The notes under the pieces are model-generated. The model did no database searches. It saw only the letters and a list, made by a program, of their open reading frames with translations, and was not told where the DNA came from. From Octopus bimaculoides (Eukaryota), in the NCBI RefSeq assembly GCF_001194135.2, contig NC_068983.1:115674893-115738892 (forward strand): a stretch of 64,000 nucleotides of DNA, in the 5' to 3' direction. This document shows, in pieces, positions 24,002 to 36,776 of the stretch (position 1 is its first letter; each line of letters starts with the position of its first letter). The position numbers and the translations under genes were made by a program.

Positions 24002-25805
24002 GTGAGTTACACATTTCATACAATCATTTTTGCTCTTGTGCAATAGTCATAAAGTTAGACAGCTCTTTAAATCTAATTGTTAATGTGTATTCTTAAAACT
24101 GTCGCACTGATAAATTACTTCTTTTTTTTTTTAACTCATGCCTTTCTTATTCCAAGCAAAATTTCTTTACACCCAAATAAACTTGTATTGCCATTAGAGC
24201 TATTTTCTGTGACTCCCATTATATAGTGACTTATAATTCTTAGTATATAACTATCACTGTATCAACCAGACTATTACACATTGTTACACATTGCTAGTTA
24301 CAATGTGCCTCCAATTCTTTTTGACTGTGCCCATCTTTTCCATTTTGGTCTAAATCATTTAACTAAATTGTCTTTGAATTGTTGAGGAGGCTTTCCAAAT
24401 GACTTTTTTTGATCTCTTGGATAAGACTCGGCAATTGCAGACAATTCTTAGTGTCATCATCATCATCATCACCACTTAACATCCATTTTCCATGCTAGCA
24501 TGGGTTGGATGACTTGACAGGCACTGGGAAGGCCGGGGGCTACATCAGGTTCCATAGTCTGTTTTGGCTTGGTTTCTATGGTTGGATGCCCTTCGTAATG
24601 CCAACCATATTACAGTGTGCACTGAGTGGTAATGGAGAGTCTGGCAACAAGAGCAGGCCTGAATGTACCGAAAGCCTCTTGTGAGGTTAAATGCCCTTTA
24701 CGTGGCACCATCACCAGTGCTTTTTTTATGTGGTACCAGCACCAAGATCACCAAGTACCTTGCAAGACAAAAATGTAATGTTGAGGGGTTTGGCTTTGTG
24801 TTAGTTGAGAGATTTAAGGTAAAGAGGGGACAGATATATGTGTCTTACTATAGAGTAGGTACGTGGGTACCCCAGTTGGAAAACAATGTGGGAGAGGCTC
24901 AGGGGTGGGGGTGGCAGTAGATATGTCAGGGTATTGAGGGTGAAAGCAGGCAAATTAGTAATTATTCTTTGATAAGTTAGTGCAGCAGTTGATGTTTTAG
25001 AGCAGTCGCTCTATGCTTAAATATTCAGTTTTTCTTGCCAAGTTTTAAATGCATATTCCATCTGTGTTTATTTTTAAGTTCATCATATAGCGTGTGATGA
25101 AATAAACAAGAAAAGCTTACTGTTTCACTTTCTTTATCCCACTTCCATCAAAATACTTATGTTGTGCCAAAAGGAAAATATCGATATTTGTCTTGTGATA
25201 TGTTGTATGTCATTTTAATTAACTTAACTCAGATGAGAATTATCATAACAACAACAACAACAACAACAATTTCTTACATTGGTACTCGGCCAGAAATTTG
25301 TTGGGTGGGGTGGGGGTGGGGGCAAAGTTAGCAGAATACATCAACATCAGTACTTTACTGTACTTTACTTTATCTACCCTGGAAGTATGAAAGGCAAAGT
25401 TGAGCTCAGAACATAAAGAACTGAAACAAATACCAAAAGACATTTGATCCTACACTGTAATGATTCTGCCAACCCACTAAAAATTCTCTACATATTCTGA
25501 ACGTAAACTCAAGGGAGAGTATTTTTAAATCAATAATTGCTTACGCATTATTCATTGGATTCTTTATTAGCAATGGAAGCAGTATTGGTTCAGAAGGGCA
25601 TTCTGTATATCTTATTTAATGTGGATATACTGTAAGAAAGCCACAAAACTGTTGTATATTTGTCTTGAGAAAACATCTCGCATACCTGTATGGTGCTAAA
25701 ATGGCATGGAAGTGTATTAATAGCAGACAAAAAGCATTTAGCAGTAGTAGAAAACATTACAAATTTTTCTTGGAGTGGAAAGGGGTTTAAAGTAAAGAAA
25801 TATGA

Positions 25806-26130
25806 AGGCACATGGCTTAGTGGTTAGGGATATTCGACTCATAATCATAAGGCCATGAGTTCGATTCCTGGTGGCACATTGTGTCCTTGAGAAAGATACA
25901 TTATTTCTCATTGCTCCACTCCACTCAGCTGGCAAAAGTGAGTTGTACCTGTGATTCAAAGGGCCAGCCTTGTCACATTTTGTGTCACACTGAATCTCCA
26001 CGAGAACTATATTAAGGGTATGCATGTCTGTGAAGTGTTCAGTCACTTACACATTAATTTCACAAACAGGTGAAGTTCAGTGATTGAATCAACTGGAACC
26101 CTCATCATTGTAACTGATGGAATGTCAGGC
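25806..26130 (+). mobile_element. CORE-like tRNA SINE sharing head type and tail with the 13096 family
   Basis: A box TGGCTTAGTGG, B box GAGTTCGATTCC; GTGTCCTTGAG.AAGATAC...TGCTCC central segment; tail ATTCAAAGGG.CAGCCTTGTCAC... shared with 13305-13470. Confidence 0.75.
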
Positions 26131-26270
26131 CAAAATAAAATAAAATTAGTCAATAAAATGATAATATTAATTTCTAATTAGAACATTGTATAGTATGTAT
26201 AACATAATAAATACATTGATAAATATACATTGTTATTGAAAAAAATGGTATTGTGATATTGTTATTTCAG

Positions 26271-26417
26271 TATCTTGCTATGTTGACTTATGATATGGTG
26301 TCTCCGGGGCCAAGTGTTTGCAGTACATCACGGAAAAAGAACAGAATTCAAAAACGCTCTAAACAACCTAATGATTTACGTGAAGGAATGACCAATGCTT
26401 ACATTGTATTGCGCCAG
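26271..26417 (+). CDS. ATG2: ATG2 exon
   Basis: tttcag|TAT...CAG|GTAAGT; TYDMVSPG...QPNDLREG..NAY.V. Confidence 0.96.
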
Positions 26418-27811
26418 GTAAGTGGTGATAAACTCTTTGTTAATGTTTGGTGGCTACGTTTTAAACAACAATGTATGTGTATCTATGTGAATGGATATCA
26501 TCATCTCTTAACGTCCACTCTCCATGCTGGCATAGAGTGGTTTGGGTGGTTTGACAGGAGTTGGCCAGCTTGAGATGCCCGGGCTCTATCCGTCTGTTTT
26601 GGCATGGTTTCTATGGCTGGACACCCTTTCTAATGCCAATCACTTTACAGAGAACACTGGATGCTTTTATGCGGTACTTGCACAGGTGTTTTTATGTGAC
26701 ACCAGCACAGGCCATATATATATATAAAATACAGTGTACATTTAATACACATTAGAGATGCCCATAAAAGGACATCTAACCCGCTAGAAAGAGCAGCCAA
26801 TATTCTACACCACAAAATTAGGGATAATTTCGAAAAGGAATGAAAAATAAAAACATTTACCATCTATATTCCGAACCAGGTTTCAAGTTATTTTAGCAAA
26901 ACAAACTATTTTGCAAGGCCAACTATCATCAGCGGAATATATATATATATATCATCATCATCATCATCATCGTTTAACGTCCGCCTTCCATGCTAGCATG
27001 GCTTGGACGATTTGACTGAGGACTGGTGAAACCGGATGGCAACACCAGGCTCCAATCTAATTTGGCAGAGTTTCTACAGCTGGATGCCCTTCCTTACGCC
27101 AACCACTCAGAGAGTGTAGTGGGTGCTTTTACGTGTCACCCGCACGAAAACGGCCACGCTCGAAATGGTNNNNNNNNNNNNNNNNNNNNNNNNNNNNNNN
27201 NNNNNNNNNNNNNNNNNNNNNNNNNNNNNNNNNNNNNNNNNNNNNNNNNNNNNNNNNNNNNNNNNNNNNNNNNNNNNNNNNNNNNNNNNNNNNNNNNNNN
27301 NNNNNNNNNNNNNNNNNNNNNNNNNNNNNNNNNNNNNNNNNNNNNNNNNNNNNNNNNNNNNNNNNNNNNNNNNNNNNNNNNNNNNNNNNNNNNNNNNNNN
27401 NNNNNNNNNNNNNNNNNNNNNNNNNNNNNNNNNNNNNNNNNNNNNNNNNNNNNNNNNNNNNNNNNNNNNNNNNNNNNNNNNNNNNNNNNNNNNNNNNNNN
27501 NNNNNNNNNNNNNNNNNNNNNNNNNNNNNNNNNNNNNNNNNNNNNNNNNNNNNNNNNNNNNNNNNNNNNNNNNNNNNNNNNNNNNNNNNNNNNNNNNNNN
27601 NNNNNNNNNNNNNNNNNNNNNNNNNNNNNNNNNNNNNNNNNNNNNNNNNNNNNNNNNNNNNNNNNNNNNNNNNNNNNNNNNNNNNNNNNNNNNNNNNNNN
27701 NNNNNNNNNNNNNNNNNNNNNNNNNNNNNNNNNNNNNNNNNNNNNNNNNNNNNNNNNNNNNNNNNNNNNNNNNNNNNNNNNNNNNNNNNNNNNNNNNNNN
27801 NNNNNNNNNNN

Positions 27812-27893
<82 letters not shown>

Positions 27894-29098
27894 TGGATGG
27901 ATTTGGTTCAACAAACTGGAAAAACAGAACTTGGTGGTTTTAAAGTGAGGTCATTGTTCCCTTGGGTTTGATGACCTCACAAACAGAAGAAATTTTCTCA
28001 TGGGAAAGGACCTCAATGTATTATATTTAAGTTTGTTAAGTCCCACACATGAAATTATTGCCCCTTTTGGTTCCTGACTTTGTTTCAGGTTCATTCCCAT
28101 TGCACAGTAACATGGGCAAGTGTGTCCATACTCATAAGCTAGCCAAAGCCTTGTGAGCTGATTTGGTTGAGGAAAAGCGGAAAGAAGTCCATTGTGTGTT
28201 TGTGTGGGGGGGTTGCATGCATTGGGCTGTGAGACATGATGTGTATGTGTGTCCTTGTCTTGAAACCACATTATGGTTATAAGCCGGCATCATTTGGTTC
28301 CAATCATCCATGTCTGGCCAAGCAAAATATTACCCTGCTTGGAAACAGGTGAGAGTTTGTAACAGGAAGAGCATCAGCTATAGAAAATTTTTATCAATAA
28401 ATTCTGTCTGGTCCATGCAAACATGAAAAAGTGAACATTAATACTTTAACTCATTATGCTATTTAATTGCCTGCCTGTAGCTAAATACGAATTATATACA
28501 TGAAACAGTGATTGATGTAAATTTAAACTTATTACCAGTTTAGTGGTTAGTGTATTTGTCTCACAATTGCAAGGCCCAGTTCCTGAACTCATCTTTCGTA
28601 CACCTGAAGTGATTTGTGATTTGTCTGCCTAGGGCACTTCAAACTAACCATGGTGTGTTTTCACCTTTTTATCTTCAGCAAGCATATTTCTTTATGACAA
28701 ACTGCAGTGAAAGTCTTCTTACTGGTACAAATATGTCTCAAATATATTTGAACTGGTAGCACTTATAATCAGTGTTATTATTACCCAGCTTTGTGCCAAA
28801 ATTTGAAACCATTATTATTATCGTTATACTAAGTTCCAGTTAAGCACTGGGGTCAATGTAACTGACTTACTCCTCAACCCCACCCTCTAAAATTGCTGGC
28901 CTTGTACCAAAATTTTGTCGGCTTCACCTTTCATGGTCAATAAAATATGTACCAGTTGAACACTGAGGTCAATGTAATTGATTTATCCCCACCCCACCCC
29001 TAAAATTGCTGGCCTTGTGCCAAAATTTGAAACCATCATCATTATTATTATGATAACGATGCCATTTCGTCTGTCTTTATGTTCTGTGCTCAAATTCT

Positions 29099-29319
29099 TA
29101 TTTCTTTACTGCCCACAAGGGGCTAAACATAGAGAGGACAAACAAGGGATTAAGTCGATTACATCGACCCCTGTGCGTAACTGGTACTTAATTTATCGAC
29201 CCCGAAAGGATGAAAGGCAAAGTCAACCTCGGCGGAATTTGAACTCAGAACGTAGTGGCAGACGAAATTCCGCTAAGCATTTCGCCCAGCATGCTAACGT
29301 TTCTGCCAGTTCACCGCCT
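29099..29319 (-). mobile_element. Nin-like SINE (alternative tail) nested in an older SINE, 14-bp TSD
   Basis: TSD TGTGCTCAAATTCT (29085-29098) / TGTGTTCAAATTCT (29320-29333). Confidence 0.8.
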
Positions 29320-29507
29320 TGTGTTCAAATTCTGCTGAGATCGACTTTGCCTTTCATCCAAGTACCAGTTGAATATTGGAGTTGGTATAATTGACTAGCT
29401 CCCTCCCCAAATATTTCAGGCCTTGTGCTTATAATAAAAGGAATTATTATTATTATTGATTGATTGATTACTTATTGCTAATAAATTAATCTTGATTTTT
29501 TTATCAG

Positions 29508-29738
29508 GGATTTTCTGAAACAGCTGAAAGTATTGTCCGTGCTGCCACAGAAGAACATGAACATAAAGGAATGACTGGTGCTGTTGGTGGTGTCATTAGA
29601 CAGATACCACCAACGATGGTGCAACCAATTATCTTAGCTTCTGAAGCTACTTCTAATGTTCTAGGAGGTATGCGAAATCAACTTGTCCCTGATGCCCGCC
29701 GAGAAGATGTCGAGAAATGGAAAGTCCCAACCAGTTGA
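29508..29738 (+). CDS. ATG2: ATG2 terminal coding exon
   Basis: atcag|GGA...TGA; GAVGGVIRQIPPTMVQPIILASEATSNVLGGMRNQLVPDARREDVEKWKVPTS*. Confidence 0.97.
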   Translation, partial: GFSETAESIVRAATEEHEHKGMTGAVGGVIRQIPPTMVQPIILASEATSNVLGGMRNQLVPDARREDVEKWKVPTS

Positions 29739-29788
29739 AGTGATATCAAAGAAAATAGATTAAATTGTGACTGAAAAAGAAAAAAAAA

Positions 29789-29833
<45 letters not shown>

Positions 29834-30034
29834 CATCCAATTATTTTTAATTCTTGAAATCTTAATTCCATAAATAAGATTTCAGCCACTTCCCATTTCT
29901 GAATGTTATTATATATTGTGTATGTGTACATAAATTGGTTTTGTCTAACTTGCTTCCAAATTTACTGCTCATATTTGCATATCTATCTACCTACCTATCT
30001 ATATACATGTGTGTGTGTGTATATATATATATAA

Positions 30035-30080
<46 letters not shown>

Positions 30081-30265
30081 CACACTACTACCAGTGGAAG
30101 CACATTTTACACTGTTGACAACATTTGTTCTTGTATGGAAATTTAATTTTTTCCATGATATATCTGAAATGATATGGTACGCAAAATGTTTAATTAGAAA
30201 ACTGGCTTCCATGTTGCCTTCCATTATGAGTTCTGTGCCCACAACACTAGCAAACACACACGCAT

Positions 30266-30321
<56 letters not shown>

Positions 30322-30430
30322 GTATGTATAAAGTGTGTAAGTTTGAGTCTGTATAGATGTGTGTGTGCATGTATCAATGTATCAATGCACACATAATAGA
30401 ATATACCATTATGCACAAAACTTTTTTTTA

Positions 30431-30446
30431 AATAAAGATTAATAAA
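30431..30446 (+). promoter_or_regulatory. Candidate ATG2 polyadenylation signals
   Basis: AATAAA at 30431 and 30441, followed by a T/GT-rich tract at about 30480-30510. Confidence 0.5.
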
Positions 30447-33400
30447 AACTTAAAGGAACATTTATTCTTATAATGTCTACCTTGTATTCTTTTCTTTTTT
30501 TTGTATTCAATTTTCTTTCTACAATTATTGTTTTAAATCAGTGAGTCATATTAAGTCAATATTTTCAGTTGGTTTTTTTTTTTGTATATATATGTATTGA
30601 AGACTTATTTGAATATTATACTTTTCACAAAAGCAGGTATAAGAATTTTTGAATACTGCTGGCAGTGATTCATTATATCACTATGACTTAAATATTTGCT
30701 AGTCACAGTAACACTAACTAGAATTTAAATATTTGCATTTTTTATAAAAACGTCTGTTTGTATCATCATCGTCGTTTAACGTCCGCTTTCCATGCTAGAA
30801 TGGGTTGGACGATTTGACTGAGGACTGGTGAAACCAGATGGCTACACCAGGCTCCAATCTGATGTAGCAGAGATTCTACAGCTGGATGCCCTTCCTAACG
30901 CCAACCACTCCGAGAGTGTAGTGGGTGCTTTTACATGCCACCGGCATGAAGGCCAGTCAGGCTGTACTGGCAACAGCCACGCTCAAAATGGTGTATTTTA
31001 TGTGCCACCCGCACAAGAGCCAGTCCAGGGGCACTGGCAACAATCTCGCTTGAAAGTCCTTACACATGCTGCGGGCACGAGTGAAATAACATGTAGTCAG
31101 ACAACAAATTACCTTTTGTAGCTGTCAAAATGTGTATGATGAGTTTCTGCAAGTTTCTCTCTGATTCACTTATATTGGTTGCCCCAGGGATATAGTAGAA
31201 AACATTTTAACAAACTACACAATGGTACTGAACCCCAACCATGTGGCTATACATACATACATATATATATATATATACACACACCATCATAGAGAGATAA
31301 TAACTATAGTTATATGGTATGTGCGTGTGTAGAAATGAAGATATGTATTGACCAAAATTTTCATTTTAAAATTGGTACAGCTTTGTTGTCAATTATAGTC
31401 TGGTAAATTGAAACGACTGTACGTACATATTCTACAAATTCATCTAAAAATGTAAATATGCTAGGTTGAAAAGGTGAATAAAGAAGCAGTTAAGTGATTT
31501 TAAAAAAACAATTTTCAGACTGTTCTATGGTTTCATTGGAACAAGCAAAAAAACAAGGGCACAGAATTATAACAGAAGGCCATTAGCACTAATTAAGTAA
31601 CAGAAACAAATGATCCATCAGAGAAAGTTCATGTACTTCATTCCATGGATACTTCTATTGCTAACTGTTCCTCTATTAATCTCACTGACAGTCTCATTGT
31701 TTCTTTTGCGCATTTTCCTTCATATTAAGGTCACTTCATTAATATTGTTGGCCATGTTTTTCTTATTCATTATCATCATCGTCGTTTACCGTCCGCTTTC
31801 CATGCTAGCATGAGTTGGACGATTTGACTGAGGACTGGTGGACCAGGAGGCAACACCAGGCTCCAATCTGATTTGGCAGAGTTTCTACAGCTGGATGCCC
31901 TTCCTAACGCCAACCATTCCAAGAGTGTAGTGGGTGCTTTTACGTGCCACTGGCACAAGGGCCAGTCAGCAGGTACTGGCGACGGCCACGCTTGAAATGG
32001 TGTATTTTACATGCCACCTACACAGGAGCCAGTCCATTGGCACTGGTAACGATCTGGCTCAAATTTCTTTTCACGTGCCACTGGCACAAGTGCCAGGAAG
32101 GCGACATATATAAAATATATACTTTATTGCGTGTGTGTGTGTGTATTTTGTTTGTTAATTGACTATTCTGGAGCAATAAATGTAAGCTCAGAAATTGGTA
32201 ACCATCAGGTCAGTGTTTGAATGATATATTAGGACACGATGATGATGATGATGATGATATAATAATTAACATATCACTCAATCTCAGCCAGAAATGGCAT
32301 CTACCCAATACTGCTGGTCTGTAGAGTTCTTACTAGAAGCTTTCAGTACATTCAGGCCTGCTCCTGTTACCAGACTCTCCATCAACACCAGACTTGCCAT
32401 ATTGCAGAAGAGAACTGCTCAGTGAAAATTTATTTGGTATTGAAGGTGTGCATTTTCCAGTATCACTGTCTATGAACAGACAGATCCATTGGAAAAAGTG
32501 AACAAAATCTCCAAAGTGCAGGAAAGCCAGTCTGTTGGAAACTGCTTCAAGCAGTTCACTCAGGTCCAAAAACAAAGTCCCATCCAGATAAGGGAAGTCA
32601 ATGTTGTGTAAAGGGCAATAACTACAATATTAATTTAATTCCTTTGTAAATCATGGAACAAGTCACATTAATATCACAAGTCTACACCAATGCAGTCATC
32701 TTTTTTTGCATTGAATGATGGATTTAATATCTTCAGCTGCTTTCTCAGCCTAATTGCTCATTAGTTTTTGTATAAGTTAATGTACATCCAACATATGTCT
32801 AACACATTTCTCTTCACTCATTGCAGACTTTCTGCCCATGTCTCAATCTATTCTTTATGTCCCAATCTATTTTATTCATGTGTCACAATCTATTCTTTAA
32901 AGAGAAAAAAGCTCTGTGATGCCAAGAAAAGTCACAGCTAGCTGAATTTTCTTTACATTTTGGGTCCTATCACCATTTTGTAACTTTAAGTTACTTTGAT
33001 GAGTGGTTCTCAAACTAATTCCAACTCCACTTCGCCCCCAAATAGTAAATCCCTTCCCACACACACATCCTTATTGATGAGTGGACAGAAGAGTGTTTAA
33101 AATCATCTTAATTTTATTAATTATGGCAGTTAGTTCCCTACTGTCTTGTAGATAAGTCTAAAAAGACATATGCCAACTGGGTACACCCTAAGAGAAAAGC
33201 AGGCTGTGGCAATCAACCTTGTCTAGTGGCTTTGCTACTCACTCCCACCTTGAGAAGGGTCAGGAAAAGTGACTTAAAAAATCATCCATTCAGCTCAATT
33301 TCACGACTGAAAACTGTCAGTTTTCAAAGTAGCAGCTGCAAAATACTATACTACTCAGGCTTGTCTCATAGAACATGCAAACACTGCATGATGTTGATAA

Positions 33401-33714
33401 TTCAACAAACTGACCTGAGCATTGAATGACCCTCATAACCAGGGAAATGAAGTACAGCAGCATAGATGTTGCAGAACTCAGTGCTCCTAGGATTTTTGGA
33501 GGAGGTTCTCTTAATAAGATTGATTAAGACTTGGAAGGGCTACCCCTAGGATAGACATCACCAACATGTCATTGTGAGGAACAGTTTGCTATGTAAACTA
33601 ACTGAGCCACTGAGTGGCTAATGTTGCTGTTTTTCCCTTGCTGTTATATCATGCTCATGATAGATGCTCTGGATTGCAAAGTAGTGTGTCAAGATGAATA
33701 AAGATGTTATGAAC

Positions 33715-34020
33715 TAAGGCATATAGAAAGGTGCTCTACTCAGTGACTGATGTAACAATATATTCATCAAATTTCAAAGGCAAAGAATATGCTCTTAAAA
33801 GATACAAATCTAAGGGTATCAAGCTGATGGATCGACCTCTGAAATTAACAAAATGATGGGATGCAGTTTAAATTTGCACTAGGTCAGCACACTACTGATG
33901 CTCTCTTCTGATGAGATAACTGCAAAGAAAAGTTTTTAGTTATGAGTAAGCTGCTCTATGTAGCACTTTTTTTCTTTTAGAGAATGCCTGCCTTTGATAA
34001 ACCTAGAGTCAAGAGGTCTC
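33715..34020 (+). mobile_element. Old, heavily decayed RTE RT remnant
   Basis: KGALLSD*CNNIF..KGKEYAL...KGIKLMD..MQFKFALGQHTTDALF..EKFL...LLYVA parallels EGVIP.DW..YKGKGD..GIKLLD..MQFGFVPGKSTTDAIF..EKYL..LYLAF in the 54-56 kb copy. Confidence 0.7.
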
Positions 34021-36490
34021 AGAGGTAAACTTAGTTTTAGTAAATAGGAAAGAAGACAAATCTCTGATGTCATTATGAAAATGGCTATGCTTCTGTAAAA
34101 GCATTAAAGGCAGATTGATTGTGAACAAAGACTCTGTGGCAGATAAACAGGAGTAGTTAGTAGTCAGAGCATCAATAAAATAAATTCCTTGCGATGTTCA
34201 GAAAGGCTCTGTAGTAGTTGATAGTTTATTGCCTACTTAATCAACCATGGCAGAGGATGTTCTGAAGCATAGAAACCAGAGTAAGAATAGAGTGGGGACA
34301 ATTTAGTGAGTTATTAATTCTCTGACAACAAGAGGATTCTCTCTTCATGAAATGGAATTGTATGATGCTTGTATATGTATTGCAAACATAGGAAAGAAGA
34401 CATAAAATAAGGATGATGATGATGATACATGTACACACACGTGAGAGTGACAGATGTAGGCATGTATACATTTTCATCCATTATAAATACAAGGAGAAAA
34501 CTTTTATTTATTCAGTCAATAATAAACCAATCTATGGTTGGCCAGAAGGCTTCACTGGACTGTAATTATTGCCAAAGTAGTCTAAATCAGCACATTTACT
34601 ATATTTATTAGAAACACAAACAGTTCATTAACAAAAAAAAACTATTGAAATTCTGAAAGAAAATTTGAAAAAGTACATCATGAATGCATATGTGTGGGAA
34701 TCATTGGCAATTAACCAACCCAAGTGAAAACAAAACATAAATGATGGAAGCCACTACTTCAACATAACATGAAATATTTATCTTGGTAATAAATATGAGA
34801 AAAGAAAGCAGTACAATGTGGTCAACATAACATTTGTTCTCCTATAAATGTCCAGCCATCAATTATACTTGTGGATCCCATTTAACCTGCAGAGTTACAA
34901 GTGAATCTACAGAAGTTAAATGTGAAAAACTAGCATTGTCCCCACTAAGAGGGATTGCTAACAATGAGAATACAACGCTTAATTTACCTATCACAATACT
35001 TATGAGAGCTTTTAAATATTAAAATAAATTCACACTAACTATTCTTTTAATAATATATATATTCCTTTAAACCTTATCAATCATCATCATCATCAATGCA
35101 ATCAAAGACAACCTTTGTAGTATTGTTCACTTTTTAGAAATAGCAATCAGATCTCCATTGAATCATAGCTTACCATCTTAAAAAAAAAAATTGCTAAAAC
35201 AGACAGGATGGTGACTTCCAGAATGACTTTAATCATAAGTCAGCTTGACCTAAGTAAACCTGGAGATAAACAAGACTATTATAAACCCTGTTGTTAAATT
35301 CATTTAAGCAACTCCAACGCTTAGGCAATTAGATTTAATATCAGAATTTTTTAGAAATCAAATGAAATGTATTTGATCTGTGACTGAACAACAAATATAG
35401 GATTACATTTCAAACAGAATGAAACCAAAGTGAAATACAAAGAGGATCAAAACAGAAGTAATCAGGATTCAAATTCTTTTTGCATCATTAGTGATACTAT
35501 AACAAGTGGTGAGTAAATGAGGAAAATATGGAAATCTATAAATGATATAGATGTGAGATTGAATCTGGTGAGCGATGATTTATTCCCCATTATAAAATAC
35601 AATGATTGCCATACATGAAATGAAATAACATAACAGGCTACAACAAGGATGTGTGAGAGACTTTATGGTTAGGCTGTACTGTTGATCTTGTAGATGTAGT
35701 TGACATGCTGTTTGGTGGTGTTTAGAGGCAGCTGTTGGTTGTGTAATGTTTATACAGTAATGATGTGGATAGGCATTTGGTGGAGAAGATGAAAGCGGAG
35801 ACTGCCTGGTGTCAGACACATTGTTGCCGGAGATGAGTTGCTTGTGGTCAGTGGCATGTGCCAAAGACCTAGAGCAGTTGAGAACTGCCATTCTTATAGA
35901 GATCAGTAGGCTCCCAGGAGCTGGTGATTAATTTCCCGTGTAAGGAAAAATGAACTGTTGCACCAACACGATTAGACAGCTGAGAACTGACCAATACAAA
36001 CAACAGGTTCGTTTAATCTCGAGGTCATGTGACCTACTGGAACAAAAAAGGTTCTGGAGCCAATATTCAGGTATTCAAGCCTAGATGAGTCAAAACGAAA
36101 CTATAATGACAGCGTAAATCACTTCTGCTATAATACCTTTGTGTAATAATTTTATGTCACATAATCTTTATGAAATCCCAAGATGAATTTACAAACGTGA
36201 AGCAAAAATTGTGTTTTAATAACTTAATTAGAAAATTAAAGAACTTTCACTAATTGATTGACTCCACCTGAAATACTGGAATATCAACATTTGTAAGGAA
36301 TGTTTAATCACAAAATAATTTGCCCAACTTGAAATTATTGGTTGTCACTGCCATCATTATTTAGCTATAAATCAGTTGTTTGAGCAAGCCTATAATCAAA
36401 ATTATTCCAGCTTTACCTTAAAGTAGTAGGACTAACACATTGCTTTGTTTAACATCATCACCTGGTGCTTCGGTGCTTTTAACAAAGTTC

Positions 36491-36776
36491 ACTCTGTTCC
36501 ACACAAAAATGAAAATAACACTGACATCTCATTTTAACAGATATGTTTACCAAAATTACATTAAAATATCTTGAAATACTAGAGTAAATTTCGTCATCAT
36601 CATCATCGTCGTTTAACGTCCGCTTTCCATGCTAGCATGGAAAGCGAACGTTAAACAACGATGATGATGATGACGAAATTTACTCTAGTATTTCAAGATA
36701 TTTTTATGTAATTTTGGTAAATATATCTGTTAAAATGAGATGTCAGTGTTATTTTCATTTTTGTGTGGAACAGAGT
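36491..36776. repeat. 286-bp loopless palindrome (143-bp arms, about 4 mismatches)
   Basis: Centre GCT|AGC at 36633/36634; arms run to ACTCTG (36491) and CAGAGT (36776) with no indels. Confidence 0.95.

Noticed and set aside
27945-27980. 10-bp stem GTGAGGTCAT/ATGACCTCAC
   Set aside because: Short and isolated, next to decayed repeats; plausible by chance.
30816-30845. CTGAGGA...GAAAC in RTE-UTR copies as a hammerhead
   Set aside because: The GAAA is the loop of a CTGGT/ACCAG hairpin; there is no GAAA after stem II, no NUH site and no stem I.
32333-32620. Stop-free minus frame of about 95 codons as the terminal exon of a convergent gene
   Set aside because: No recognisable homology, weak acceptor and no partner exons. 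The plus strand faintly resembles a LINE endonuclease upstream of the decayed RTE, so it is ambiguous.
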